Both the position numbers and the translations under genes were made by a program. DNA of 64,000 nucleotides from Nitrospirota bacterium. Lineage in GTDB: Bacteria > Nitrospirota > UBA9217. Position 1 is the first letter of the stretch, and each line of letters starts with the position of its first letter. Below are positions 28,701 through 39,087 of this stretch, piece by piece. The notes under the pieces are model-generated. The model was not told the origin of the DNA, ran no database searches, and saw only the letters and a program-made list of their open reading frames with translations. The stretch spans positions 640,001 through 704,000 of the forward strand of contig CAWFSF010000005.1 of the NCBI GenBank assembly GCA_963818475.1, given 5' to 3'.

Positions 28701-30341
28701 TCACCCCTTCTTCGCCGCTTCCGCAACCGTCTTCTCATCACCAACCATGCCCGAAATATCCTCAAACGCGCTCATGGCGGCCGTCGATCCCTGGCCCACG
28801 GCGACGACGATCTGCTTCAAGCCGCCCGTGATGTCGCCGGCAGCATAGATGCCGGGCACGGACGTCCGCATCGTGGTCAGGTCCACCTTGACATACCCTT
28901 CTTCGTCGAGCTCCAGACCGAGGTTCTTTGCGATCTCGTTGTTCGGCACGTAGCCGATCGCGATGAACACGCCGTCGACCTGCATATCCGTGAGCGTCTT
29001 TGCTGTCTTGTCCTCGATCTTGACTGACTTAACGATCTTGTCTCCGATGATCTCGCGCACCTCGCTGTTCCAGAGGACCGGAATGCCGGACTGCTTCAGA
29101 CTTTCCTGCAGACGCGCTTCGGCCTTCAGCGTCTCGCGCCAGTGCACCAGCGTTACTTTGGCGCCAAGGTTGTGCAGGTAGAGCGCGTCGGCCACGGCCG
29201 TGTTCCCGCCGCCGACCACGATCACCTTTTTGCCGTCCTTGAAAAAATAACCGTCGCAGGTGGCGCAGTAGCTCACGCCCCTGCCATAAAAGCGCTTCTC
29301 GCCCGTCACCCCCAGGACGCGGGGGTCGGCGCCGGTAGTGAGCAGGACTCCTTTGGCAATATAGATGGCCCGGCTCGTTTTGACGTGAAAGCCGTCGGCT
29401 TCGCGCGCGATCTCTTTCACGATCTCTCCGACATGGATATCGGCGTACTGCGCGGCCTGCTGGGCCATAAGGTCCACCAGGCTTTTGCCGCCGATCCGCA
29501 TATAGCCGGGATAGTTCTCGACAACAGGCGTGATCGCGACCTGGCCACCCAGCGCGGTCTTTTCAAGAACGATGGTCTTAAGACCCGAGCGCACGCTGTA
29601 GATCGCTGCGGTGAGCCCTGCCGGTCCGCCGCCGATGATCACCAGGTCTTTTTTTACGGGCTCGCCCGGCGTCAGCTCTTCGGTCATATAGACCGGCTCC
29701 TTCAAGGTCATCAGGGTCTCTACGAAGATCTCTTCGGGCTGGAGCCCTGCGCCGGTGAACGTGCTGTTGATGAAGGTCTGCGGTACGGCAAGCGAACCGA
29801 GCGCTTCCGCCAGGTCCTGGTTCTCGTAGATCTCGACCGCGTCGGCCGAGATCATGGCCGGATTGACGATCGCTGCGGAAAAGGCGGACAGGACCTGCTG
29901 CGGACAGTAGGGGCAGGTGGGGCTCACGAAAACCTGGATGTCCCGTTTTTCTTTAAGCCCGGAGATCTTTTCCATGGCCTCTGCGGAGAGGATAGTCTTC
30001 CCCGTCGAGGCCATCATGATCGAGATCAGCAGGGAGCGCCCCTCTTCGCCGTGCGGGGTGCCGGTATAGCGGAGCCGGTACTTGTCCGGCGCGATCAGGA
30101 CCGTGGGGGACCGCAGGGCATTGCGCTTGACCGACAGTTCATCTCCCACGACGTGGAAGCTCGCCTTGATCTTGTCGGTCAGCCCTGCCAGGACCTTGAT
30201 GAGCGCAACCGTTGCGGAGTTGAACTGGTCGTTCACGCCTCGCAGCGTATAGACCTCGATCAGGACCTCGTCCTTCAATTCCTTGAAAAAGGTCTCTTTG
30301 ATGGCGTTCTGTACGTCAACAGGGATCAGTTCTTCAGCCAT
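28701..30341 (-). CDS. trxB: Thioredoxin reductase with fused N-terminal thioredoxin-fold (AhpF-NTD/PDO-like) domain
   Basis: SPTCPYCP; GGGPAGLTAA; GRGVSYCATCDG; GGGNTA; GIYAAGD. Confidence 0.88.
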   Translation of the reverse strand: MAEELIPVDVQNAIKETFFKELKDEVLIEVYTLRGVNDQFNSATVALIKVLAGLTDKIKASFHVVGDELSVKRNALRSPTVLIAPDKYRLRYTGTPHGEEGRSLLISIMMASTGKTILSAEAMEKISGLKEKRDIQVFVSPTCPYCPQQVLSAFSAAIVNPAMISADAVEIYENQDLAEALGSLAVPQTFINSTFTGAGLQPEEIFVETLMTLKEPVYMTEELTPGEPVKKDLVIIGGGPAGLTAAIYSVRSGLKTIVLEKTALGGQVAITPVVENYPGYMRIGGKSLVDLMAQQAAQYADIHVGEIVKEIAREADGFHVKTSRAIYIAKGVLLTTGADPRVLGVTGEKRFYGRGVSYCATCDGYFFKDGKKVIVVGGGNTAVADALYLHNLGAKVTLVHWRETLKAEARLQESLKQSGIPVLWNSEVREIIGDKIVKSVKIEDKTAKTLTDMQVDGVFIAIGYVPNNEIAKNLGLELDEEGYVKVDLTTMRTSVPGIYAAGDITGGLKQIVVAVGQGSTAAMSAFEDISGMVGDEKTVAEAAKKG

Positions 30342-30401
30342 GATGTTCACCACCCTCCCAACTCCGAATTCCTGACAATCGACCCTTGCTACTTGCTACT
30401 A

Positions 30402-30963
30402 TTACTTAATCCTCTGCGATACCTTTTTAAACTCATCGGTGCCCGCCACTTTGAGCAGCTGGAACAGCACCGTCTCGGTGCAGGTAATGACCGCCCCTGC
30501 TTCGCGCATGAATTCGATGCCCGTTTTCCAGTTCGCTTTCGTGCGCGAACAGATCGCGTCCTGCACCACATGCACGTTCATGCCGCCCTTCAGCAGCCCG
30601 AGGCAGGTCTGCAGCACGCAGATGTGCGTTTCCATGCCGGTGAGGACCACGGTGTTCCGGTTGTGGTCTTTCAGCTCCGGCAGGAAGGTCGGCTGGCCGC
30701 AGCAGTCAAAGGTCATTTTCTCGATTGGCCGGTAGTAGGGCAGCGTTGCCTGGAGCTCCGGCACGGTCTTGCCGAGGCCCTTCGGATACTGTTCGGTCAC
30801 CACCACCGGGAGGTCGATCATTTTGGCAAGCTCGATCAGATGCTGGTTGTTCTTCACCACCTGCGTCTTTCTGTCCCATTACCGCTGCCAGCCGCTCCTG
30901 GATATCGACGATAAGCAGCACCGCATTTTCCTTCTCAAGCGAGAACTTATCGAGTAATTGCAT
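30402..30963 (-). CDS. Isochorismatase-family hydrolase (frameshift near 30862)
   Basis: LLIVDIQERL in the upstream frame; TEQYPKGLGKTV and GMETHICVLQT downstream. Confidence 0.88.
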
Positions 30964-31044
30964 CTCATCCTTTCCTGTTTAAACTTGTCCTGTCGGGAAT
31001 TCCCGGCGGTTGAAACAGCCGCCTGCCTTTCGGACGTTATTACG

Positions 31045-31069
31045 CAATCCGCATTCCGAAATCCGCATT
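31045..31069. repeat. Heptamer repeat tract (AATCCGC/ATTCCGA), single arm
   Basis: caatccgcattccgaaatccgcatt; same unit as 60461-60554. Confidence 0.6.
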
Positions 31070-31195
31070 TTTAATATTATCACAGCTGAATTCGGAGCAC
31101 AACCGGTATGTATTTCATGATGAAAGTCCCGGCATTTTCAGGTACAATCATACTCACGCGATGGAACTAATTACGATACCAGGCTGTCTAATAGA

Positions 31196-31807
31196 ATGAG
31201 CGGGCAAACACCAACGGACGATGACGCCGAACTGGTGGCCTTGTCCCAAAAGGGCGACCTGGGCGCATTCGAGCAGCTCGTGCGGAGGCACCAGAAGAAG
31301 ATGTTCAACATCGCCTTCAGGATAGCCGGAGACCACGATGATGCGTCCGAGATCGTGCAGGACGCCTTTGTGGCCGCTTTCCGGGGCATCGGAAAATTCC
31401 GCGGGGCTTCGCGCTTTACGACCTGGCTCACCACGATCACCATCAATCAGGCGCGGAACAGGCTGAAACAGGTGCGGTCACGCCGGCTCCATGAGGTCAA
31501 TTCCCTGGACCGCCCCATCGAAACAGGAGACGGACCGATCATGGCCGACCCGCCGTCACAGGCAGCCTCGGTCCTCGATCAGCTGGAGCAGCGCGATCTG
31601 CGGGAAAAGGTGCAGGAGTGCATTGCAGCGCTCGAACCGGATTTCCGGGAAGTGATCGTGCTCCGGGACCTGCAGGAATTTTCCTATGACGAGATCGGCA
31701 CGATGCTCACGGTTGCTGCCGGGACAGTGAAGTCCCGGCTCTTCCGGGCGCGCGAAGCAGTGAAGGAATGTTTGAAAAGGGCATGGGGAGCATTCAATGA
31801 ACCATAG
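31196..31807 (+). CDS. ECF sigma-70 factor
   Basis: GDLGAFEQLV, FRGASRFTTWL, SYDEIG...GTVKSRLFRAR. Confidence 0.93.
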   Translation: MSGQTPTDDDAELVALSQKGDLGAFEQLVRRHQKKMFNIAFRIAGDHDDASEIVQDAFVAAFRGIGKFRGASRFTTWLTTITINQARNRLKQVRSRRLHEVNSLDRPIETGDGPIMADPPSQAASVLDQLEQRDLREKVQECIAALEPDFREVIVLRDLQEFSYDEIGTMLTVAAGTVKSRLFRAREAVKECLKRAWGAFNEP

Positions 31808-32862
31808 CGAAATCCGTCATATGCTGTCCGAGTATATCGACGACGCTGTCTCACCCGGGGACCGGACTGCTATTGAAGAGCACCTCAAGACCTGCGAGAA
31901 ATGCAGCGCCGCGCTCAAGGAACTTCGGCAGACCGTTGCCGTCATCAGGTCCGTAGAAGAGATAGACCCTCCGGCCTGGATGACGCAGAAGATCATGGCA
32001 AAAGTGCGCGCCGAGGCCGGGGAAAAGAGCTGGTTCCAGCGCTTTTTTGTTCCGCTGCATATCAAGCTGCCGCTTGAAGCGATCGGCATTCTGTTCATTG
32101 CCGTGACCGCCCTGTTCATCTACCAGAACAGGGAGCCCTCCATGAAGGCGTCGAGCCCGCCGCTGCAGGAGCAGACACCCGGCAAGGAACAGCCGCCTGT
32201 TTTTGCGAAGAACGATGAACTTAAATCAGCGGAACCTTCGCTTCGTTCAAAGGCTCTGCCACAGTCGCCGGGATATAAGGCTTTGGACATGAAGCAGGAA
32301 TACGAAAAGCCTCCGCAGCCGATGCTCGAGAGCCAGGCAGCGGCACCTGCGCCCTCACGCCCGGAACCAGCTGAGCAGCCTGCGCTCACGGGCTCTGCAG
32401 AAAAAAAACTGGCTGACACAGCAGATAGCGAAAACTATCAGAGTTTCTTGAGCAAAGAAGAAGGCGGGCCGCGGGATGATGCAGGCACGAACCACGACTT
32501 CCGCTGGGGCTGCGGAGGAGGCAACAGTGAAGGCAAAAAATGTTGCCCCTGCTGCACCGATTGCAGGCGTCCTCTCTTCGGATAAAACCATTCCCGTGAT
32601 CATTGTCAAGGTGAAGGACTTGGAGGCGGCGGTTGCGGGAGTTGAAAAAGCGATCGCCCAGGTCAACGGCTCGATCGTAAGGAAGGAATCGCCTGGAGCA
32701 AAGATCGTCTTCTTCGTAACGATCAAAGCACAGCGAGCCGCTGAACTTACCGGCAAGCTGAAGCTCCTCGGCGAGATCAAGGAACAGCCCGGTGACGGCT
32801 GGCTTCAAAAAGAACCGGTGGAATTGCGGATAGAGATCACCGGGAAATCAGTAGGTTCCTGA
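31797..32862 (+). CDS. Zinc-finger (zf-HC2) anti-sigma factor, DUF2275-like (frameshift near 32455)
   Basis: HLKTCEKC motif and one TM segment; C-terminal domain in the 32476..32862 frame; overlaps the sigma gene. Confidence 0.8.
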
Positions 32863-32907
32863 CACCCCCGTTCGCCCTCAGAAAAATTGACCATTTCACC
32901 AAGATCA

Positions 32908-32937
32908 GCAGGGGCGGGTTTTAAACCCGCCCCCTAC
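32908..32937 (-). repeat. GTAG-type REP palindrome
   Basis: Minus strand GTAGGGGGCGGGTTTAAAACCCGCCCCTGC. Confidence 0.8.
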
Positions 32938-32970
32938 ATCCCCGTCCAGATGCCCTTTTTAAACTGATCG

Positions 32971-33354
32971 TTACAAACAGCCTTCCGTCAGCACCTCTTC
33001 GTCCTCCAGCCGCCAGGCAGGATCGACGATTGCAAGGAACACCAGGTCCGTCTTCCCGCTGTTCTGGATGAACTGTACTGCCATGGGCGGAATGTAGATC
33101 GTGGCGCCGGCCCGCACCAGGGCAGTCTCTTCGTCAATATGCACCACACCTTCACCCTCGATGATATAGTAGACCTCCGAGGTCTTGAGCCGGTGCGGTT
33201 TCGTGATATCGCCGGGATGCACGATGGCATGGGCCAGGCTGTATCCGAGCTTGAGGTCCATTTTGTCTGGGTGCAGGATCTCGCGCAGGACACAGCCGTC
33301 GCCGGAAATGAACTCTGCGCAATCCTTCAGGTTGCGGATCAGCATAGGTCGCAT
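32971..33354 (-). CDS. Cupin domain protein
   Basis: SLAHA...PHRLKTSEVYYIIEGEG...IYIPP...QFIQN. Confidence 0.9.
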   Translation of the reverse strand: MRPMLIRNLKDCAEFISGDGCVLREILHPDKMDLKLGYSLAHAIVHPGDITKPHRLKTSEVYYIIEGEGVVHIDEETALVRAGATIYIPPMAVQFIQNSGKTDLVFLAIVDPAWRLEDEEVLTEGCL

Positions 33355-33373
33355 GACCTCCTAATTGAAATTG

Positions 33374-33403
33374 GCAGGGGCGGGTTTAAAACCCGCCTCC
33401 TAC
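33374..33403 (-). repeat. GTAG-type REP palindrome
   Basis: Minus strand GTAGGAGGCGGGTTTTAAACCCGCCCCTGC. Confidence 0.8.
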
Positions 33404-33521
33404 GCTGGACGTGGTGCAAAAAAGCATATCATCGCGAATGGGTACTGTCAATCCGAATGCAGGCCAGAACGACCTTGACGCGCCGCATTGGTTGCAGTAC
33501 TATGTGCCACAAATCGCATGT

Positions 33522-33648
33522 CCCGGACAAATCGGAACCCAATCAATGGAACCGCGAGGGCGCAAGGGTCGCGGAGGAAACCTGCAGACCATGCATAAAA
33601 GCATATTCTCTGTTGCTGAAGCCCTCGCGTACTTCGCGCCCTCGCGGT
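33522..33648. repeat. 9-bp-period palindromic element with reversed tail (CCCGGACAAATCGGAACC)
   Basis: accgcgagggcgcaagggtcgcggagg ... cctcgcgtacttcgcgccctcgcggt. Confidence 0.75.
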
Positions 33649-33686
33649 AAAATTTTTTAATTGTTTTTTCATTTGACTCTTAACTT

Positions 33687-34475
33687 ATGAATATCGACGA
33701 TCTGAACGCCCTCAAAGCCTGGTTCTCGGAGTACTGCGACTCTTTTTCAACCTCTTGCAATGATGACCAGAGGAACTTCGACGTCAAACGGAAACATACG
33801 GACAACGTCTGCTCCAACATGCTCCTGATCGCGCAGGACCTGGAACTCGACGACCACCGGACCATCGTTGCCGAGTCTGTCGCCCTGTTCCACGATATCG
33901 GCAGGTTCCCCCAGTACCGGCAGTACAAGACCTTTCAGGACAGCATCTCGGTGAACCATGCCGCGCTCGGCGCGAAAGTGCTGATCGAGAGCTCGGCGCT
34001 CCTTAACCTGCCGAAAGGGGATCAAGACCTGATCGTCCGTGCCGTGACCCTGCACAATGTGCTGGCCATTCCCGGGGAGCTTGACCGGGACCTGCTGCAG
34101 CTGGTAAAAATGGTCCGCGATGCTGATAAGCTCGATATCTGGCAGGTTTTCCTCGACTACTGCGGCCAGCCGGCGAAGGACAAACCGACTGCCGTGGGCC
34201 TCGGCCTGCCGGACATCCCGGAATATTCCCCGGAGGTCCTGAAGCAATTGCACCAACACAAACTGGTGCTCCTGTCGTCCCTAAAAACGCTGACGGATTT
34301 CAAGCTGCTCCAGCTGGCCTGGATATTTGACCTTAATTTCGCCGCCTCGTTCAGGATCGCGGCACAGCGCCAGTATATTGACCGCTTTGCCCTGACCCTG
34401 CCCAAGACCGACGCTGTCGCCGATGCCGTGGATGCGGTCCGGGAATATTTGAACGAAAAGCTCAAAAATGGCTGA
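33687..34475 (+). CDS. HD-domain phosphohydrolase
   Basis: K..HT..V, LFHDIGRFPQY, HA..G, HN, VRDADKLDI. Confidence 0.9.
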   Translation: MNIDDLNALKAWFSEYCDSFSTSCNDDQRNFDVKRKHTDNVCSNMLLIAQDLELDDHRTIVAESVALFHDIGRFPQYRQYKTFQDSISVNHAALGAKVLIESSALLNLPKGDQDLIVRAVTLHNVLAIPGELDRDLLQLVKMVRDADKLDIWQVFLDYCGQPAKDKPTAVGLGLPDIPEYSPEVLKQLHQHKLVLLSSLKTLTDFKLLQLAWIFDLNFAASFRIAAQRQYIDRFALTLPKTDAVADAVDAVREYLNEKLKNG

Positions 34476-34557
34476 TTTTTTCGCCCGAGGCAATAATTCG
34501 CTTTACTCAGGAACACCTTTTTTGGTAATATGATCTGTTTTTAAAGCAGAAGGGCGG

Positions 34558-34697
34558 GAATATTTTGCCACGAAGGCACTAAGACACGAAGTACGGCTTT
34601 AATCTGATCATTAAAACAGAACCTTAAACAGTTTTTGGTGTTCTTAGTGCCTTCGTGACTTCGTGGCTAAGTTGGTTTCGGTTTTTACCGGATTAGG
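34558..34697. repeat. 9-bp-period palindromic element with GGTTTCGGTTTTTACCGGATTAGG tail
   Basis: First 40 nt identical to 63021-63060; right arm cttagtgccttcgtgacttcgtggc. Confidence 0.85.
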
Positions 34698-34705
34698 GGC
34701 AGACC

Positions 34706-36007
34706 ATGAGAAATAACATTGTTTCACTCGGCGCCGATGAGCTGAAATACGAGATCCGCGAGATCGTTGCCGTTGCCAAGGAGTTCGGCAAGCTCGGCGT
34801 CGAGATCATGTGGGAGAACATCGGCGACCCCGTCCAGAAGGGTGAAAAGATCCCCGACTGGATCAAGGAGATCATCGTCGAGGCGAACCGCGAGGACGCT
34901 TCCTACGCCTATTCACCCACCAAAGGCCTTGAGACTACACGCGAATTCCTGGCGCAGCGGGCGAACAAGAACGGCAGCGTTCAGATCACGAAAGAGGACA
35001 TCATCTTCTTCAACGGCCTGGGCGACGCCATCAGCAAGATTTACGGCCAGCTCAGGAAGGAATACCGCGTGATCGGGCCGAGCCCGGCCTACAGCACCCA
35101 CTCCTCAGCCGAGGCCTCGCATGCCGGCGCCGAATACATCTCGTACAACCTGGACCCGAAGAACCTCTGGTATCCGGACCTGAACGACCTGCGCATGAAG
35201 GTGAAGTACAATCCCGCGATCTCGGGCATCCTCATCATCAATCCCGACAACCCCACGGGCGCGGTCTACCCCAAGGAAGTGCTGCAGGAGATCGTAGCAA
35301 TCGCGCGGGAATACGACCTGTTCGTGGTCTGCGACGAGATCTACACCAATATGGCCTATAACGGAAAAAAAGCCGTGCCGCTGGCGGAAGTGATCGGCGA
35401 TGTCTGCGGCATCTCCATGAAGGGCATTTCCAAGGAACTTCCCTGGCCCGGTTCGCGCTGCGGCTGGATCGAGGTCTACAACCAGAAGAACGACGCCGTA
35501 TTCGCGAAGTACGTGAAGAGCATCCTGGACAACAAAATGCTCGAGGTGTGCTCAACCACGCTGCCGCAGACCGTGATCCCGAAGATCTTCAGCGACAAGA
35601 GGTTCCCGGCCCACGTTGCGGAGCGGAACAAGAAATATGAATGGCGCTCCAATACCGCCTATGACCGGCTTAAGGACATCAAGGGCATCGTGGTGAACCG
35701 GACGAACGGCGCGTTCTATATGACCGTGATGTTCGAGGAAGGTGTGTTGAACGGCAACCAGTTGCTGCCGGTAAAGGACAAAGCAGTCAAGGGGCTGGTC
35801 GAGAAGATCACCGATGGCGTTGCGCTCGACAAACGGTTCGTCTATTACCTGCTCGCGACCACCGGCATCTGCGTGGTTCCGCTCACGGGCTTTAACTGCA
35901 ACCTCAAGGGCTTTCGGATCACGCTGCTCGAGAATGATGAAGCAAAGTTCGACGTGATCTTCAAGACCATCCGTGAAAAGATCCTTGAGTATTTGAAGAG
36001 CGCGTAA
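34706..36007 (+). CDS. PLP-dependent aminotransferase class I/II (AlaA-like)
   Basis: ENIGDP, INPDNPTGAVY, DEIY, GISKELPWPGSRCGW. Confidence 0.9.
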   Translation: MRNNIVSLGADELKYEIREIVAVAKEFGKLGVEIMWENIGDPVQKGEKIPDWIKEIIVEANREDASYAYSPTKGLETTREFLAQRANKNGSVQITKEDIIFFNGLGDAISKIYGQLRKEYRVIGPSPAYSTHSSAEASHAGAEYISYNLDPKNLWYPDLNDLRMKVKYNPAISGILIINPDNPTGAVYPKEVLQEIVAIAREYDLFVVCDEIYTNMAYNGKKAVPLAEVIGDVCGISMKGISKELPWPGSRCGWIEVYNQKNDAVFAKYVKSILDNKMLEVCSTTLPQTVIPKIFSDKRFPAHVAERNKKYEWRSNTAYDRLKDIKGIVVNRTNGAFYMTVMFEEGVLNGNQLLPVKDKAVKGLVEKITDGVALDKRFVYYLLATTGICVVPLTGFNCNLKGFRITLLENDEAKFDVIFKTIREKILEYLKSA

Positions 36008-36026
36008 GTTCCACCTCTGCAGAAAT

Positions 36027-36059
36027 AAAAAGCCGCTGGATAATTCCAGCGGCTTTTTT
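36027..36059 (+). terminator. Intrinsic terminator
   Basis: AAAAGCCGCTGGAA-taa-TTCCAGCGGCTTTTTT. Confidence 0.85.
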
Positions 36060-36260
36060 CATTGCAGCCGACCAGTTTGTTAGGAAGTACTACATAAGCA
36101 GATGCTCATACTACCATAGTAGCTTACAAAGAACTGCGCCCTCCCCTCAATCTTTACAAGCATAACTTGCAGAGTTATAATTTGAGTAGAGATTAGTTAC
36201 TCCCATAAAGGAGGCGATGAAAGGGAGGTGCAATGCAATTACAGGAAGGAGGTGAGACAT

Positions 36261-36623
36261 ATGAAAAAGATCGGATTGATAGTGGCGGTAATATTCCTGA
36301 TACTTGCCGCTGGAGCAGTTTTCGGAGCTGAATATGCGACGGAGACGAAGGGTTGGGCCAGCGATCCTGACAGCCTGATCAACTTTCTCGACCCAAGTAA
36401 TGCACCTGCTCCCGTAGTTCCCCATAGAGGGCTCATGGGATTGACTGAGGAAGGATTGCCCGGTGCGAGAGGAGCTGCTGCAGGAGGACCGAGTGAGGTT
36501 CGGGACAGTCTGGTCAACTATCTTGACCCGAGCTATACGCCGGCAATACCGAAAAAATTAACGACCGGGGCATTGCGTTTCGACCCGGACAGCATGGTGC
36601 ACCAGACCTCACCCATTCAGTGA
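36261..36623 (+). CDS. Small secreted protein with internal DSL.N.LDPS repeats
   Basis: AGGAGG RBS; signal peptide MKKIGLIVAVIFLILAAGAVFG; terminator downstream. Confidence 0.75.
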   Translation: MKKIGLIVAVIFLILAAGAVFGAEYATETKGWASDPDSLINFLDPSNAPAPVVPHRGLMGLTEEGLPGARGAAAGGPSEVRDSLVNYLDPSYTPAIPKKLTTGALRFDPDSMVHQTSPIQ

Positions 36624-36683
36624 CAACAAAACAGGTTGGTTGGCGCGGCCTCTCGTTATCACGCGTGATGGACAGAGAGGCTA

Positions 36684-36728
36684 AAAAGCAGGTACTTCAG
36701 AGAAATTGAAGGATGCCTGCTTTTTTTA
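36684..36728 (+). terminator. Intrinsic terminator (possibly bidirectional)
   Basis: AAAAGCAGGTA...TGCCTGCTTTTTTT between convergent genes. Confidence 0.7.
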
Positions 36729-36775
36729 TTGTCAGGCGATCCTGCTGGTAATTTTTAATTACAGCTTTTCGGGAA

Positions 36776-37405
36776 TCAGGGAAAGAGCGCGCCCTGCGTT
36801 ACGCCGTGGCTGGTTTCTGCGTCATACTCCTGCTGAGCCGCATTCAATTGAGCCATGATCTTGCTGCTCAGAGTCCGCACCTGCCTATCGCGATCGGCGC
36901 AGCTGAGGCTGCGTGGCAATTTAGCCACGGCGCCGGACAACTGTGCTACTGCATCCATTACCCGGTCGCGATGTCCCTGCTCATGCAGGGTGAGGTTCTT
37001 CATGTACCCGTCCCATTTGTCCACGAGCGGCTGGGGAGCCTCGCCGGTCCGCACCCATTTTGGAAATCGGGTTGTTAGTTCAAGGATAACCGAGAAATCT
37101 TCGCCTGAACAAGCTTGAGAAACAGCGTCCGTGCCGTAATCCCACGTCCAGTACCAGCTGGTGAGGGAGTCGTACGTCCTTCCGTCGTCCCAGGTGCAGC
37201 CCTTCTGGCACATCTGCTTCCGCAGTTCCTTTTCGCTGTTCCCCCTGATCTCATAATACTCATTTCTTTCTGTAATCTTGGGAGGGTTATATTTGCGGAG
37301 GGAGTGCTCTCTATCAATGCTTGCAAGTTCTACCCGGTCCTCAGCTGCAAATGCCGTTGCAGCAACGAACAAAAACAGGAGCGTAAATATATTTATTCTC
37401 TTCAT
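36776..37405 (-). CDS. Secreted DUF922-like putative zinc protease
   Basis: Signal peptide; YYEIRG; LTLHEQGH (HExxH); YDAETSHGVTQGA. Confidence 0.82.
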   Translation of the reverse strand: MKRINIFTLLFLFVAATAFAAEDRVELASIDREHSLRKYNPPKITERNEYYEIRGNSEKELRKQMCQKGCTWDDGRTYDSLTSWYWTWDYGTDAVSQACSGEDFSVILELTTRFPKWVRTGEAPQPLVDKWDGYMKNLTLHEQGHRDRVMDAVAQLSGAVAKLPRSLSCADRDRQVRTLSSKIMAQLNAAQQEYDAETSHGVTQGALFP

Positions 37406-37807
37406 GCCTGAATCCCCTGCGGTGCTGTACATGCTGCCAGCTCCTTTCCGGTCATGCGCGGACGAGAGAGAAAGTCGAAACTGCGGCCGTGCATCGTATT
37501 CTTGCGGTTAAAAAATCTCACGGATCCTGAGAATAAGCGGAAAAACAGGAAGGAGTGGCCGTAAGACTATTTACCTACAAGATGGCTGCAATTTACGACT
37601 AAAGGCGTCAGTATTCAAGAGAAAAAATGACTAAAGTATCGTTTTTTTAAGGGGATAATGAAAGGTGGGAAAGGGGCAACAAACTACAATTTTATCAGTG
37701 GCTTTCGCTCACAGCAATACAACAATTTTGAGTGACGGTGAAACAGTGGCCGCATTGATTTACTGCGATTTTTTCAAATAACACGTTCATCTGTCTTTGC
37801 AGCAGGT

Positions 37808-38983
37808 TCATTCCGGCTGCGACTTCTCCTTCTTAAACTTCCGCGTCCCCTCATAGAGCTCATACTCCAGCAGCCGGCATTCGATGCCGCTGTTATAGAA
37901 CTGCAGGCTCCGCTTCGGCTTGAGGCTCACCTTCTTGGAGAGCGCGGGATTGCCCGTGAACACGTAGCCCATGAAGCCTCTGCACTTCTGCTTGAAGAAA
38001 TCGCCGATGCCTTTGTAGAGCACGGTGAGCTGCTCGATCTCTCCCATGCGCTCGCCGTAGGCCGGGTTCAGCACGATCACGCCCCCGCCGGTTGGCAGCG
38101 GCGTATCAGCGTAATCGCAGACGCTGAAATCGATCAGCTGCTCCACGCCTGCCGTGGCGGCGTTCCGCTTCGCCGCTTCGACGGCATTGGACTCGATGTC
38201 CGTTGCGATGATCCTGACGGACAGGGACTTTTTCATTTCCTTCTTTGCCTGGTCGCGCAGCTCGTTCCAGCGCGCTTCGTTGTATCCCTTGATATGCATG
38301 AACCCGAAGTTGTTCCGCAAGAGCCCCGGCGCGCGGTTCAGGCCGATGAGCGCCGCCTCGATGGCGAGCGTGCCGCTGCCGCACATGGGATTGATGAAGG
38401 AGTGTGCTTCCGTCCCAGCCCGTGGCGAGCACGACCGCTGCCGCGAGCGTCTCCTGCATGGGCGCTGCCAGCGGTATCTTCCGGTACCCGCGGCGGGACA
38501 GCGGTTCGCCCGAGGTGTCGATGTAGATCGAGCCGCGTTCGCCGTTCCAGTAGAGATGCACCACGGTCCGGTCGCGTTCAGGGCCGGAGTCGGGCCGCGT
38601 TCCCCGCTTGTCCTTGATCTTGTCCACGATCGCGTCCTTCAAGCGCAGCGTCGCGAAGCGCGAGTCCCTGATCGTCGGCGTGTCCACGCTGGAGGTGATG
38701 CAGACATAGCCGTCCTCGGCAATGAGCTCCTCCCAGGCGATGGAATAGGCGGCGCGGAAAAGCTCGTCCGGGGCGGCTGCCTGGAACTCCTTGAGCAGCA
38801 CCAGCACGCGGTGGCCGGTCCGCAGATGCAGGTTCAGGCGCATGGCGTCGTCCATGGTGCCTTCGGTCTCGACGCCGGAGATGACCTTCGGACAGAGACC
38901 GGGAACCCCAGGCTCACGATCTCCTGCTTCAGGATGGGCGGGATGCCCTTGGGAGCGGAGATGAAAATTCTGTGTTTTTGCAT
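37808..38983 (-). CDS. THUMP-domain RNA methyltransferase, RlmL-like (frameshifts near 38890 and 38405)
   Basis: NLHLRTGHRVL, DTSGEPLSRRGYR, APMQETLAAA, PMCGSGTLAIEAA, LNPAYGER. Confidence 0.88.
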
Positions 38984-39087
38984 GCGTCAGTATACGCTTC
39001 GCTGCGGCCCTTGTCCAGCTGAACAGCCTTTTTTGCCCTTGAATTAGGCATTTCATTCTGTTATGATGTCCGGGTTTAGGAGGCTGT

